This document shows, piece by piece, positions 37,871 to 50,400 of a stretch of 64,000 nt of DNA; the first letter of the stretch is position 1, and every line of letters begins with the position of its first letter. A program made the translations under genes and the position numbers. The DNA lies in contig JAYWIR010000025.1 in NCBI GenBank assembly GCA_036172245.1, forward strand, positions 2,604,001 to 2,668,000, read 5' to 3'. This DNA comes from Raillietiella orientalis (lineage: Eukaryota). Under the pieces are notes generated by a model. The model saw only the letters and a program-made list of their open reading frames with translations. It was not told the DNA's origin and did not search any database.

Positions 37871-40649
37871 ACCCCCCTCGGGGAGTGTCCAAGGATCGCC
37901 GGAGGGAGAATTCGGAGTGGAGGCGCCTTTCCCCACCCCCTCCAAAGAAGCAGGGGTGATAGGATGGGAGAACGTGGTCACGATGGACGCCCGAAGCCAA
38001 AACAGGAAACGCGGGAGGGCACAGAAGGGAGATCAGAGAGGTGGGAACTGGGGAGGCTGGGAAAGGAAGTAGTACCGACTCCCTTTGCTCCCCTGGTCTC
38101 GAGGGGACTCCCCGTGCCCCCGCAGCGCGGAGTGCGTTCGGTGGCCTCCTGCAATCGCCGCTAAGCTGCAGCAGCACTGCGCAAGCGCAGGTGGCGGTTG
38201 GGACCGCCCGTTGGCGGAGACACGTCGTCGCGAAGGAGGCGGGGGGGAGGGATCAGGGACTTTCGAGGGTTCCTGCGCCCGCGCTCATCCGAGCCAAGTG
38301 GCCGGCTCCGGAGTGCTGTTACCGCTCGGGCCAGAGAAGGGGAATGCAGGACCTCCCCTTCCCTCCCCGGTCGGGTGACTGGCAGCGGGAACGCCTCCGC
38401 TTCTTCCTCCCCTCGATTAACCCGTCGCGTCGACGTCCGGCGAGCGAGCGCGAGGGGGAGGAGGAGGGGGACCCTTTTGGGGTTTGTTTGTTTGTTCACC
38501 CCCTCCCCCCCTTGCCTCGATCCGCCAGGTCTGAATGAGGACAGACTCCCCCTCCCTCTAATCACGGAATGCAGCAGGCAGCTGCCCATCGTGTCTGCTC
38601 GCCAGGTCATTCCCGTCTCCCGTTCAAACGGACTTTCTCTCCGCGTATTTTCGAAAGCACGCGTGCGCGCCGGACACTCCATCTAATTTTAGGCACGCAG
38701 GTTTATTTTTAGCTTCCGCCTCTTGGCAGCGACGGAGCGCCAGCAACTTGCCTCCTGGGCCGAACGCTTCGTCCTCTCCTATAGAAAGGCTGCTTCCTGG
38801 CAGGATGTTTGCTTTATCCGGGGCCGACAAGTAGGAGTGATGGGACCCAGCCGCGGCAGCTACCCTTCTATCCTGCCACCTAAGGATGGGGCTATCGGAA
38901 GAAGGGACAGACCAACCCCCTCGTGTTCCCTCTCCTGCGTCCTCTAGCGACCGCCGGAGCGCGAGCGGAGTCAGGGCGCCCCCTCCACCGCTCCTCCCTG
39001 ACCCCTGCTTGGCGCCCTTGGAGCCGACCTGTTGCGGAAGTTGCGGTTGCCCCCGTCAGCAGGGATGCTCGGAGAGGACTGGTTGGGAAGCCGGCCGTGG
39101 AGCGGAACTGGAGCCGTCTCCCTTAAGGACGGAAAAGACACGACAATCATTCATTCACTCACCGAAGGGGAATGGGGAGGCATCGCCCTCCTCCTTCGAA
39201 GAGCGGCTCCTGACCCCACTCTCCCTGCCCGACTGCGTCATCCGGACTCCTTTTTCCGGCTGCGCGCGTCCTGACGCCAACTCCGGCCTCCTCGCTCGTG
39301 GTCGCTGTCCCTGGGGGTGCCAGGGAAATTTGCTGCCCGGCGCCTGACGAGGATGCGCGCACGGAGTCGACCCGCGACTGCCTCGCCCAGGCGCGCGGCG
39401 TCTGCGTGGGGGGAGGGAGAAGGCAGCAAGAAACGCGCCGCCGCCGTCGCCAGCAGCCCCATTCGTCCTGCTTTCCAGTGACGCCGTCCGCGAACGGGGC
39501 GGCGGAGGCGCGCACAGCATTCTGGAGAAACTGTGGATGTCCCTTCAAGAGGAGGGAGTGCGAGCCGGCCCCTTGCGGCGCACCCCCCCCCTCTCGTGGA
39601 GCCTTGGAAGCTCCGTACATGGGGAGGCAGCAGTCAGCCAGACGCGCTCCCTCTTCCCCTTGCCCTCGAGAGGCCGCCCTGCCGAGCACCCCCACCCATC
39701 GCGGGGGAGACCCGAGCGTTGGCGGCGGTCCCGACTGCATCCAAGGAGGTTTCCCGTCGCAGAGGTGTTTTTTTTTCTCGGAGACCCGCCTGTCCCCCCC
39801 CCTTTTTCGCGTTCCCGAAGAAGGAGCTCCCGGCGTCCTCTCCTCCTCCTCCCGCGATCCTCCTCCTGCAGCCTCTCTCGATCGAATGGGGGAGGAAAGG
39901 GTGGGTAGGGGGTTTCAGGGACTCCCTCTGGCGAGCGCCCTTTTCCTGGGACCCTGACGGCCAACCCCCTTTCCCTCCAGACCTCCCCTCTCCCTGGTTC
40001 CTCCTCTTCCCTCTCTCCCTGCCCTGCCTTGTACGCCCCGCGCACACACGCCATCTTCCATTAACTAATTGGACGGCCCCGTTCCGTGGAGATGGCGGTC
40101 CGGCCCGACGCTTTCACGCCCAGAGTTCGCGTGCGTCCCGGAAAAGATGGCGCGCGCACGTTCCGGGGGTCCGGATGGAGGCGACTCGAGGAAGAGGGGG
40201 GAGGAAGGGATTTCCGGAAGATCGATGGGACGCACTCGCTTGCCATTGGTGGGGAGGGGGGAGGGAGGAAGGAGCTCGCTGCGAATCGAAGGGGTGCGAT
40301 CCCGCCGCGTTCTTATAGCAACCGAGTCGGCCCTCGAGGGCTCCACCGGCGCTGGCGGCGAAGCCACGCTTTCCCCCTCTTCCCTAGCGAAGTCGAGAGT
40401 CCTCCCACCTCCCCATCCTCCCTTCACCGGGCTCGTCCCGGGTGCGCGCCTGGCATGCCCTCTGGTAGAGAGCGGACGGCGACGCTGACCAGCCCGTTGT
40501 ACCCGGAACTCGCGTGATCGCCACAGATGTGCACGAAACGTTTGCGGCGTGCTGTGATCCCCGCGCTGACATGCGGCCGCGTCCCCCGGGGACTGCTTGG
40601 CTCACATGATTGGTCCAGAAGGAGCGTTGTTGTCGCAGCACACGGGGGC

Positions 40650-43600
40650 GGTGAAGGGTCAGGGGGGGAGAGAAAATGGACAGCGGGTCCCGCGTTCCAC
40701 TCGGCATCCCAGCTCAAGCCTCACATCCTAGGAAGGGCACCAACACGGCCTTCAAGGACTCTGACCTCTGTTCTTAGGACAACGACAAAGTCCCCGTTAG
40801 CGAAAGGGGAAGAGGAACACCTCCGACGGGATTGCAGGGGAATAGGAGGAAGCACGAGGGTTCCCTCCTGATCTTTCCCAGACCCAGAGAGTAACCTCCC
40901 CCAGCTGCCCTGATGGCAAAAGCGGTAGCTGAGGCAACCGACGTCTCCATCTGATACGCCGCTCAGAGGCGAAGCGGCGAGATGGGAAAAATGACGGTGG
41001 TCCCGTACCTCCCTTCTCCTCCCCCTTCCTCCTCCTTCCCTCCTTCCTCCTCCTCTTCTCTCGTTCCTTCCTATTCCCTTCCTTCTCCCCTCTCCTCCTC
41101 CTTCTCCCTCTATTCTTCCTCCTCCCACTCAACTTTATACTCCCTACCGCGTCTTCTCAAGCGCTTGCAGAGGGAAGGGGTGATGTGCGACATCCCTCGC
41201 GTCCTCGTCGCGAGGAAGGGAGGAGTCAGCAGGAAAGGCAGCAGAGGCAAATCCCCGTTTGCACGTACAGAGTGTTTCTGCTTCTTCCCCGCTGCTCACT
41301 CTCCGGCATCGAACCCGCACCCCTCCTTCCCGTGGTCTCCTCCGTTGGGGATAGAGGGGTTTCGGGCGAGGACCGCCTCGACTCTACTTTCTTGCGTTGG
41401 GTGGGACTCTCTCCTTCCCTCTCCTCAGAGAATCTAGGCCCCCCCGGAAGCAAAAAAGTCGTGACCGACGGCGGGGATCGTAGGTGCGCTGTCAAGTTCT
41501 CGACCAGACCAGAGAAGTCCCTTCTCCCCATGCGCTCCTGCTCCTGAGGGTGTCAGAAGTGGAGAGTGGCGGAAGTCCCAGCCGGCGAGGCTCCTGGGAG
41601 AATGGGAGGAGCCTCGTTCCTTCCTGTGGGAGGAGTCCAAGCACTCCCTCCTGCCTTCTGCTTCCTTTGGGGTGATCCCTTCGTGGGGGTGGGGGAAGAA
41701 GGAAACGGTCCCTAATGATATGAGGCGGCGCAGCACCAAGGTGGCCCTGCGGTCTCTCAGGAAGCTCCTCGACACGCATCGGTGTGACGCGCTCCAGACC
41801 CCTAAGGGAGCTTCTTATTCCCGGGTCGTCGAGCCCACACGCGCGAGCCCCTAATCGAGGAGTGCCCAACTCCGTTTCCTTGCATCCGGTCATCCGACCC
41901 ACGGATGACCTGGAAGTCACTCGGCAGTCAGGCTGCCGTGCGTCGTTGCTCCTGAGAGGACGCTGGGTGCTGGACTAGGCGGTCGAAAGGCATCCGATGC
42001 TCCTCTCCCTGCCAGCGGGAGCGGCTGTGGATCCCCCCCCCCCGGGGAGAAACCATAGGGACTGCTACCCGCCCTGAAGGAAGGTGTCATCGCCGCACCT
42101 CTCCGTCCTGGAGCGTGGTGAGGGGGCCGCCCTTACCCCTGGGGGGGAATTTTTCGAGGTCACCGCTGCCGAGGAGAGGCATCTCTTCCCCCGCTCCACC
42201 AAGGAGAGTCTGCTTCCCGGGGTGACCTCTCCCTCGGTCTCGAGAGGAGTGGGTCGCGGCTCCTCCTGGGACGGTGACCTCGACCTTGAGGCCTGCTCCA
42301 AGATCAGCGGGAACGCGTCTCCCTACCTCTCGCCCTGCGCACCCACCTGGGACAATGGTGCCTGAGAGCAGCTCTCCTCTGCGCAGGTCGGCCTCACCCT
42401 CTCCCGCAGCTTCCGACCTCCCTGCGTCACTGCCAGCTCGTGCGCTACCTCGCCGCGAGACCAGGGCGCCAGAACCACCCCTGACGCTCTCACGACCCCC
42501 GGGAAGCGAGGAGGCGTGAAGGGGGGTTGGAAAGAGAGGTTTCAAGGACGAACCACGCCCCTGCCCAGCAAGATGGGGCAGGGGATCCTGCGCAGGTGGT
42601 CGGCGGGTGGACTCTGTCCCCGGCAACCGCCTGCTGACTGATGGAGGGCTCCCACGTGAGAAGCTCTTCCGGTCGCCCGCCGGACGACCGCAGGAGCGAC
42701 TCCCGGTTGCCATGGAGCTGGACGGGTGCTTCCGGGGGAGTTCGAAGGTGGCGCCGGCTCTCCGCCGCTGGAGATGGACCGGTTCGAAATGGAGGCGCAC
42801 GAGGTCGAAGAGGCGGGGGTTCTATCGCAGCCCTCGATATTCTGCTCGCCCAGAGGGCGTTCCTCCTGGTGCGATTCCGGATGTCGTTCCTTCACTGGAC
42901 GACCGCGGAAGCTCCGTTTTGGAGAAAAGGGGGAGGACCCTCGCGTCTCGGTGACGTCAGCGCTGGCCAAGGCGTGAACGAGATCAGTGTCCCCCTCTGG
43001 ACTTCATGGAGAGATGCTGCAACCTTCCCAGAACGGCGCAGCTTCCGGTCCATCTCCAAGAAGGGGTCGGCAGGAGATAGCCCAGCTCAGACCTCGTCAT
43101 GTTCTCTGGCAGCAATGGCCGCCCTCGCCCGCTCGAGGCGGGGTTGCTAAGCAGCAGTGCCCGTACGGTGCGTGTCCGACCAGCTATCCTCGGTGTCAGG
43201 AGCTTGGCGCCCTCAGGCCACGTGCTTTCTCCTCCCCCCTTCCCCACCCAAGATGGGGAACCGCCCCACCTACAATCAAGGGGCGAAGGACGAGACCGAA
43301 TGCAGGCTGCGGAAGACACGCAAAGGTCGATGGTTCCACCCCTCGTCTTCCCGTCGGTGCGATTTGCTGTGCCTTCCCCCGATCGCCCGGGTCATAGCCC
43401 GGGTCTCTCGGTGCAGTCGACCCGCGGGTTCGGAGATTATTGTTCCCTTTCTCAATTTCCGGAGACCCACAGAGAACGCTTCCGCACGTTTCCGACGCGC
43501 GCCTCCAGGCTCGACTGGGAGACGGCGTTCCGCGTCGTCTCCCCGGAGCGATTCCTGCGCCCTTCATTCACGCTGTCCCCCATCGCATGTCAGTTCATCC

Positions 43601-43650
43601 GCAGCCACAGCTTGCTATACCTATGTTTCGACTCCCTGACCATTGGCCAT
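40650..43650 (-). mobile_element. Ancient LINE relic (EN-RT, heavily decayed)
   Basis: SRSFLRDRRATLV (like SFL.DR.A.V), SKNSPPG (like K.SPG.D), GLSWDA (like WG), and weak EN-like segments near 42800-43620. Boundaries uncertain. Confidence 0.35.
41008..41130. repeat. Polypyrimidine/polypurine low-complexity tract (CCT/TCC)
   Basis: About 120 nt of almost pure C/T on the + strand. Confidence 0.8.
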
Positions 43651-43972
43651 GAGCTGGTCTTACCTTTTTTGCTGCTGTTGCTGTTGAGAGTGAGCGGGAG
43701 CGTCTTCCCGTGAAGCAGACGGCCACTCCCTCCTCCTCCCTTCCTCCTCCCCCTCGAATTCGTACTCCCTCCCGCGTCCACTCTAGCCTCTGCAGAGGGA
43801 GGGCCTGACATCTTGCACGTCCTCGCCTCTAGGACGACCGCCTTCCCACCTCCTGCTCCGAAGAGCTGAGGTTCTCCTGGAGTAGGGTTCGTTGCCTTCC
43901 CGGCCGAGCGCTGGCGCTGCGAGGAGACCTGGGAGTTGTCGCGTTCCCCCTTCGCATCCCTGCACTTGGCCA

Positions 43973-44013
43973 CCGAGCTGGAGGACCCATTTGCCATGGG
44001 TCCTCCAGCTCGG
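43973..44013. repeat. Perfect 18-bp inverted repeat with 5-nt loop
   Basis: CCGAGCTGGAGGACCCAT-TTGCC-ATGGGTCCTCCAGCTCGG. Confidence 0.95.
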
Positions 44014-47000
44014 GAGCAGCGGCGTCAGTCCCAAGGAATTACCGGAGAGCGCCCGCCGCCCTCTTCCTCCCCGAGGACAATCAGTATCGACTCACGGGGG
44101 GATCGATCGCCTCAAGGGGAGATGACCACAGAGGGTTTTTTTTTCTCCGCGTAATCGCAGAATGATCTCCGGGACCGTTTCTTTCCTTTGTCCCACTGCC
44201 AGCCTCGTCCTCCAGGAAGGCGGCCATTCGTCCGCCGAAGGAGACGGGCATTGTCTGGAGCTGCCGATCGATCGGACTAGCCGGGCATCCCCCGCGGGCG
44301 GATTGTCCGCCTCGGAACCGAGGAGCCGACCCCGCTTTCTCGAGACGCTTCTTCCGTCCGGTCCCGATTTTCCGTGCCGCTTCGCCTCAATCCTATCTCT
44401 TTCCTTCCAGAGGAAGGGGGGAGGGGGGGTTCGTGCGGACGGCGCCGCGACTCCCCCCTTCCCAGCCCCACCCCCTCCAGGGGGATCGCAAAGTGGACGC
44501 GAGGCCACTTATCTCGGTCGCTGATCTGCTCCAGTTGGGGAGGCGCTGCTCGCGACCCAAAGACAAACATCTTCGCCCCGTCCCCTGCGACCAGCAGCTC
44601 CTCGCGCTGGCTGCCGCCGCGCGCGCTCTTCCTCGGCGGTCCGAGGCGATCGATCACGCCTTCCTTCGAAGGCCACCCGAGCCCACGTCCGAACGACTCC
44701 CTGCCTTCGACGGGTCCGGGTGGCGCAACGCCCGCATCGCTCCCTCCTCTCCCACCCAAAGACGGAAGGAGGGAGGGCCTCTCCCTTTTTTTTCCTGAGC
44801 GCGTGTCCCCCGCCCTTGAGCGGATGTCGCCGGGAAGGAGCGGACGGCGCGCTTCCGCGTGATTCCGCGCAAACGACCCGTCGCGCGCGACCCTACTCCC
44901 TTTTGAGGTGGCCCGACCACCGTTCCCTTCGCCTTCTCCTCCTCCTCCTTCCCTCCTTCCCCAGGTTCCCTCGAGCTTGCGCGGGCCGCCGGTTTCGACC
45001 CCTCCCAGATTAGGAGTCTCAAAGAGAAAATCCGATTGTGCTCCCATGTAAACGGATGCCTCGGGGCATTGTCCTTGTTTGTTCACGTGCCATTATCAAG
45101 ATCCCGAGGCTCCGCGATCCCTTCCGAGTAGCGGTCCCGTCCCGTGCGTTGTTCTCGTCCTTTCGCCGCGAGGTTCCTTGGGAGACGCGCAGACGACCGC
45201 CGCGCTTGCCGGCTCCGCGTCATTCGCACGCGACGCCGGCGGAGGAAGAAGAACACGCGCGAGCGAATACCGTCAGGGAGCAGCAAAAAGACCTGCTGCG
45301 CGGCCCGGAGGAATTGCCGCTGCCGGGAGCCTCGCCGTTTGTCACGGGCACAAGGCCGCTGACGCCCGATTGCGTGGTGCGGAACCGGAGCCACAGATCT
45401 GCCGCCCCCGCAGGCCTTTCGCCTCGCGTCGTCACAAAACGCGTTGGCTCGTTACGCTCCTGCTGGAGTCACTTCCCGGGGCAGCTGACTGCGATTCGAC
45501 AAAAAAAGGGGAGGGGAGGGGGAGTTACGGTGTGGATAAGTTGATGGCAGGAGAAGCTGCCCGAATCGGGAAAAGACGAATTTTCATCGTTTCGCTCCCG
45601 AAAGCTCCCAGGTCTTCTTACGCGTTATCCGTCCGAAGGGTCATCAGCGAGAGGCGGAGGAACCTTTCTGCGAGACCGAAGCACACGGGAAGAGGCGCGT
45701 TCTCCGCTCCCCGTTCCTTCTCCGGCACCCCTCTCTTCTGCTCACCACTTGAGCATCTTCCCAACATCTGCTACACTCTCCTCGTAACGTCAGCACTTTC
45801 CCAAGTCGCTGCTGCTTCTTGAACGCAGCACGCATCGGTCATGCCATTCACTCGATTCTTCCTGGAGTCTCTGCAGCGCTTCACGAAGACAAACGCGCTC
45901 GCAAGATTAAGGACAGGTGCGCGTGCTCGTGCGTTTCTCGCGCATCTTTCATGCGCGAAATCACGCATGCCGATACAATCGTGGTACGCGCTGCCTTCAC
46001 AGCTGTTCACATGATGATGGCAAGGTGATTGGATACGTGGAATCATGATCAGTTGCGTGCATTCTCATCCAAGAGCCACTGGAAGCATGCGCAGTCGGGC
46101 GAACAGGAGAGCTTCGTGTATGCACTTCTCAAGCCCGTTTCCCATTTGCGAACTTTGAGAAGTTGTTGCCTCAGGCGCCAAAGATCACACCCTCGAAAAA
46201 AAAAATGTAAGACGCCGTGGGGGGGAGCTTCATCGCCAGCTGATTATTTTGATTAGAGAAAAGTAAACGAAGGGTTGCGTCGACGTGTTTCCTAACGGTA
46301 CGCCCATCATAAGGAAAGAAGCTGGAAAAAACGTTTACCTTTGTTCATCCTCTTTCCTTTTCCCATCCCAATCCCGAAATTCAAAATCACACGACTAGGA
46401 AATTTTTTCGCACAGCGGTAAGCTTTTTTTTTTACGCCCAAAACGTCCATAAAGTCTAGTTGATAAGTCCAATTACTCTGGAAGATTGCTTTAGTTGAAT
46501 ACAACTTGCCCTTGTCAACCCGTATACGACTCGGCAGCCTTGGGTAAGGATGTTTCCCATAACAACTGATGGTAACGCTGGACACACAGTATCTGAGAAT
46601 GAAGCAATCTGTAAGGACGCAAAGAACGCCGAATTATATCAAAATAATATGCGGATTGAAAGCTCCTGAAAAAAGGATTTTCAAGTTTGAAACGAACTTT
46701 ACTTGTAATTTCCATTTTGCTTCTGCCCTCTCCTCCCCTTCTCCCCTCCCCCCCAAAACCCTGAAAGAGGGTTTTCCTCCAGCCTGAGAAAATAATTGAG
46801 TGCATGTTCCTTCGAAGGAAGGGATCAATCTGAACAGGAATGGCAGCAATAAAGAGAGCTCCTTCCTGACTGGATGAATGAATGAATCGCAGGCACGTAA
46901 CTGTGCCTTTGCACAATAATTGGATCAATCGGCATCATCATCATCATCATCAGATAACGCCTATCAAATGCGTTTTATCAATCGAAAAGAAAAAGAAGAG

Positions 47001-47386
47001 GGAAACGCTGCCCCGTGAAGTCTCGGGCGCTCGATCACGCCCTCGGGGGCTTCCAGTACTCGCGTGATGCGACGTGAGCGAGAGCGATCTCGGCGCGTCG
47101 CCATCGAGACAGTCCATTGTTGGCTCGAACATTCTGAAGCAGGGCTGCCACTCTCCATGGTTTCCAGGCTCGGCATCTCAAACCACCTGGACTGTTGCTG
47201 TTGCCATGGTTTTCGGAAATTTGTCTCAAAACACGCGGCGGCAAGGGCCGACTCCCGATTACAAATACGCGTGATTAACGAGAGTCGCATATGCCGTGCA
47301 TGGGAGTGGATGCTCGTCACATTCGGTGCCGTCCTCTCTTGAAATTATTTTCGTTTGTAATTACTACATTAGTGACCGAATTTTCG

Positions 47387-47389
<3 letters not shown>

Positions 47390-47421
<32 letters not shown>
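47390..47421. repeat. (GT)16 microsatellite
   Basis: Perfect dinucleotide run. Confidence 0.95.
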
Positions 47422-47424
<3 letters not shown>

Positions 47425-50400
47425 TAAAAAAAAAAACGCAATGTGTATTTTGTCGAGACGCGCGTATTGGATTGTGGCGGCGTGCGTGATAATCGTACTT
47501 ATACCGAGGATTTCAATTACGTAATTCGTCATATGAGAATCAAAAAACTATTAATTCGAATGGGCTCCGACTCTCCACTCCACACACCATTAACACCTTC
47601 TTTTTCGTGGAAAAGGAATTTCTTTCGGCAATAATCATCATTGCGTTTCCCCATTATTTTAGAACATCGGAACCCCAGGAACACCGACCGCTCGCGGGTC
47701 GCGTGAGAGCCTCTCGAATCTTCATCCGGATGAAGATGAATGCTTCGTTAAGAGGAGCGGGAAACGATTTCGGGGGGGGGGGGGGAAACCTCCCGAACGA
47801 GACGCGCCGGGAGTGCCTGCGACGCTGCGTGGAGCCGGGAGAGGGGGGACTCGCAGTCGAACGGCAGAGAGTCCTCCGCTGCGTGGCGAGCACATACCAG
47901 CGGCAAATCTCTCCGACTGCGCTTCGCTCACGGATCATTGGGCAAGGGAATTTGAGCGGGGTGGATAGCCGGATCGATAGCGTGCCGTGGACGGATCCGT
48001 GGGATCACGTGGGACTCGCGCGGGGAAACGGGGAAGAATTCCAAAAATGCCTCCTCCTCCTCCCCTCCGTCCGCACGTCGAGCGCAGGATTTGCGGAAGG
48101 GTGGTGGCGAGTCCTTCCGACGGGACCGTCTCGTCAGCCGTCCGCTGCGGATGCGGCGGCGGAAGGGAGGAGGGTCGGCCGGTCACATGGCTGCTGGCTG
48201 CCAACGGGGATGGCGACGAGCGCCAGTATCCCCCCGTCTGCACGCTCGCGCAGGCGGCCCACTGGTTTATTAATGAACCATAAACTCTTGTCATCCAGGA
48301 GGTGGAAGTGCCTTGAGGCGCTGGGCGCTGCGCACGCAACGGTGGTGTCGGGGTGAGACTTCCCACAGGAGGTCGGTCCGTATCGTTCCTGCGCGAGAGG
48401 AGGAGGAGGAACCCTCGAGGGGGAGGCAGGGTGCATGCGCGTGTCTCGGATAGAGAAGGAGCGCTGGCGAGCAGCCCTTCGCCTCGGGAGAGGAGTCCCT
48501 CGACTCGAAGTAGGGAGGGGGAGAGACTGCTGGTTCGACTGGCTCCCGCGGAAACCCAACGCCGGGCGACGGCACGCCTCGTGCTTATCCCCCCCCCCCC
48601 CCCCCTTGTCGCTCCCAGACGTCTCCATGGAGGCCACGGAGGCTTGCCGGCCCCACGGTGCGCAGCGAACGGGTTGCGAGGTGGGTAGCGGCTGTGCCAT
48701 GGGCGCGTGCGCTACTTGAGAGTGACCCCCCTCCCCCTCCCCTCCCGGCGAAGCGGTTCATTCCCCGACTGCCTCCCTCCCCGCCTCGGTTGCCAAGGGA
48801 GAAGAACCGGACATGGAGGCGTTCCCTGGGATGCCCGGATGCTCATCCGGGACCTCCTGAAACGTATGCCTGCCAGCACCACGTCCCACTCATCCCCTTC
48901 TCACCAGTTGTCCGGGAAATTCCCCCCCCCCCATTCCTCTCTTCCTTCCTTCCTTTTTTCCGCCCTCGCCGGACGTGCCCGTTCCGCCCTTTCGTTCGCC
49001 TCCTGCCGGCCGAACTGCACGACTCCTTTCCGTCCTCTGCTGTTGCCCCACGAACCCCGGATGCGCTCAGGAAGACCCTGGTCTCATTCCGAGGACAGGG
49101 GGCCGTCCCACCGGCGGTGGCGGCTTGCCGCCGCTCCCTCAGACTGCGGGCCGCTGCGGCGCTGCCTGACTTTTGGCGGCGCGCACGCCGGGAGCGTCCC
49201 CAGAGGGCTTTTATGAACCATCACAGTCATTAACTGTGAGGAACCGGGAAAACTCTTTAACCCATGATGGGGAGGATAAAGGAGGTCCCAATCAGCATTG
49301 TGTGACTGCCGGGAGGGACTTTTTTATGAGGCCGGGGAGGGGAGCAGGGGACCATAAAGGACACCTCTGGGAGCACGTCTGTTGCTTCTTTTTCATTAGA
49401 GGGAATGGCTGGAGCACTTGGCGGAAGTTGGTTCTTCCTCCTCCCCCCCCCCGGTTCCGCCCCCTCCCCCCCCAAATCCTGCTCTCCCTTTCCTCACTCT
49501 TTTCTTCTGTCCCTTCCTCTCCCATCCTCGCGCTTGCCTGCGCCTGGTCCTCCGCTGGGCCGCCGCTGCCTGAGTCTTGCCGCAGCTGCCCTCCCGGGTT
49601 TGTCCCCCGTCCGAGAGCACCTGGGATGCTGGACCCAGCACCGAAGCTTCCAGAAGGATCGGTGAGGGAATTTTCATGGCGACGCCCGCCGCCGCCGACC
49701 TCTCCGATCGTCCATCGGTTCTCCGGGGACGAACCAGCGGATGCGTGAGGGAAGGCGGCCGTCCTCTCTCTGCACAGCACCCCCAGTCGAGGACCAAAGA
49801 GCGAATCTTCTCTGTTCCTGTCTGAGGGATGTTTTGCGGGAGGAGGAGGCGCTTCCCCTGCGGTTCCCCGCCGGTCGGGAATCCTCGCCTTTCCCGAGGG
49901 CTGGCCGCTGCCGGTCCATCTTCCCGGATCGCGCGTTCCTCCCATCGGGGAATTGCGCGGGCATGAGGAAAGGGTGTGGCGCGAGGGGGAAAAGGGTGGT
50001 GAAGCCTCCAGATCCTCGCCCGATCTTACTCGCTTGCGCCGTACCCGAACCAGCCGGGGAGAGCACCGCTTGGCGGCGGTGCGCGGTGACGTCACAGCTT
50101 CGTGCCTTCCCGAGCACCACCGAATCTTCCAGACGAACCAGTGAGGAGGGAGGGAAGGGACGGGAGCCGGATTTCCAAGGCGACGCCCTCAGCGACCCCC
50201 AATCGTCCGAAGGGGCCGTTGGGCCATTTCCCCTGCGCGACAGGTGCGCGGTACGGGGCTTGGGGAGGTCCGAGTTCGCCTCGTCATCGCTGCCCGGGCA
50301 ACGGGTAGGCTTGCAGAAGGGACAGAAGTGCCCCTCACCCCCACCGGGAAAAATTAGGAAGCGTAGCCCTCGGGGAAGTTGAGGGTCTTTGCCGGCTCGG

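Noticed and set aside
46307..46700. Integrase-like words (YQLDFMDV)
   Set aside because: A single short motif without the HHCC or D,D(35)E context.
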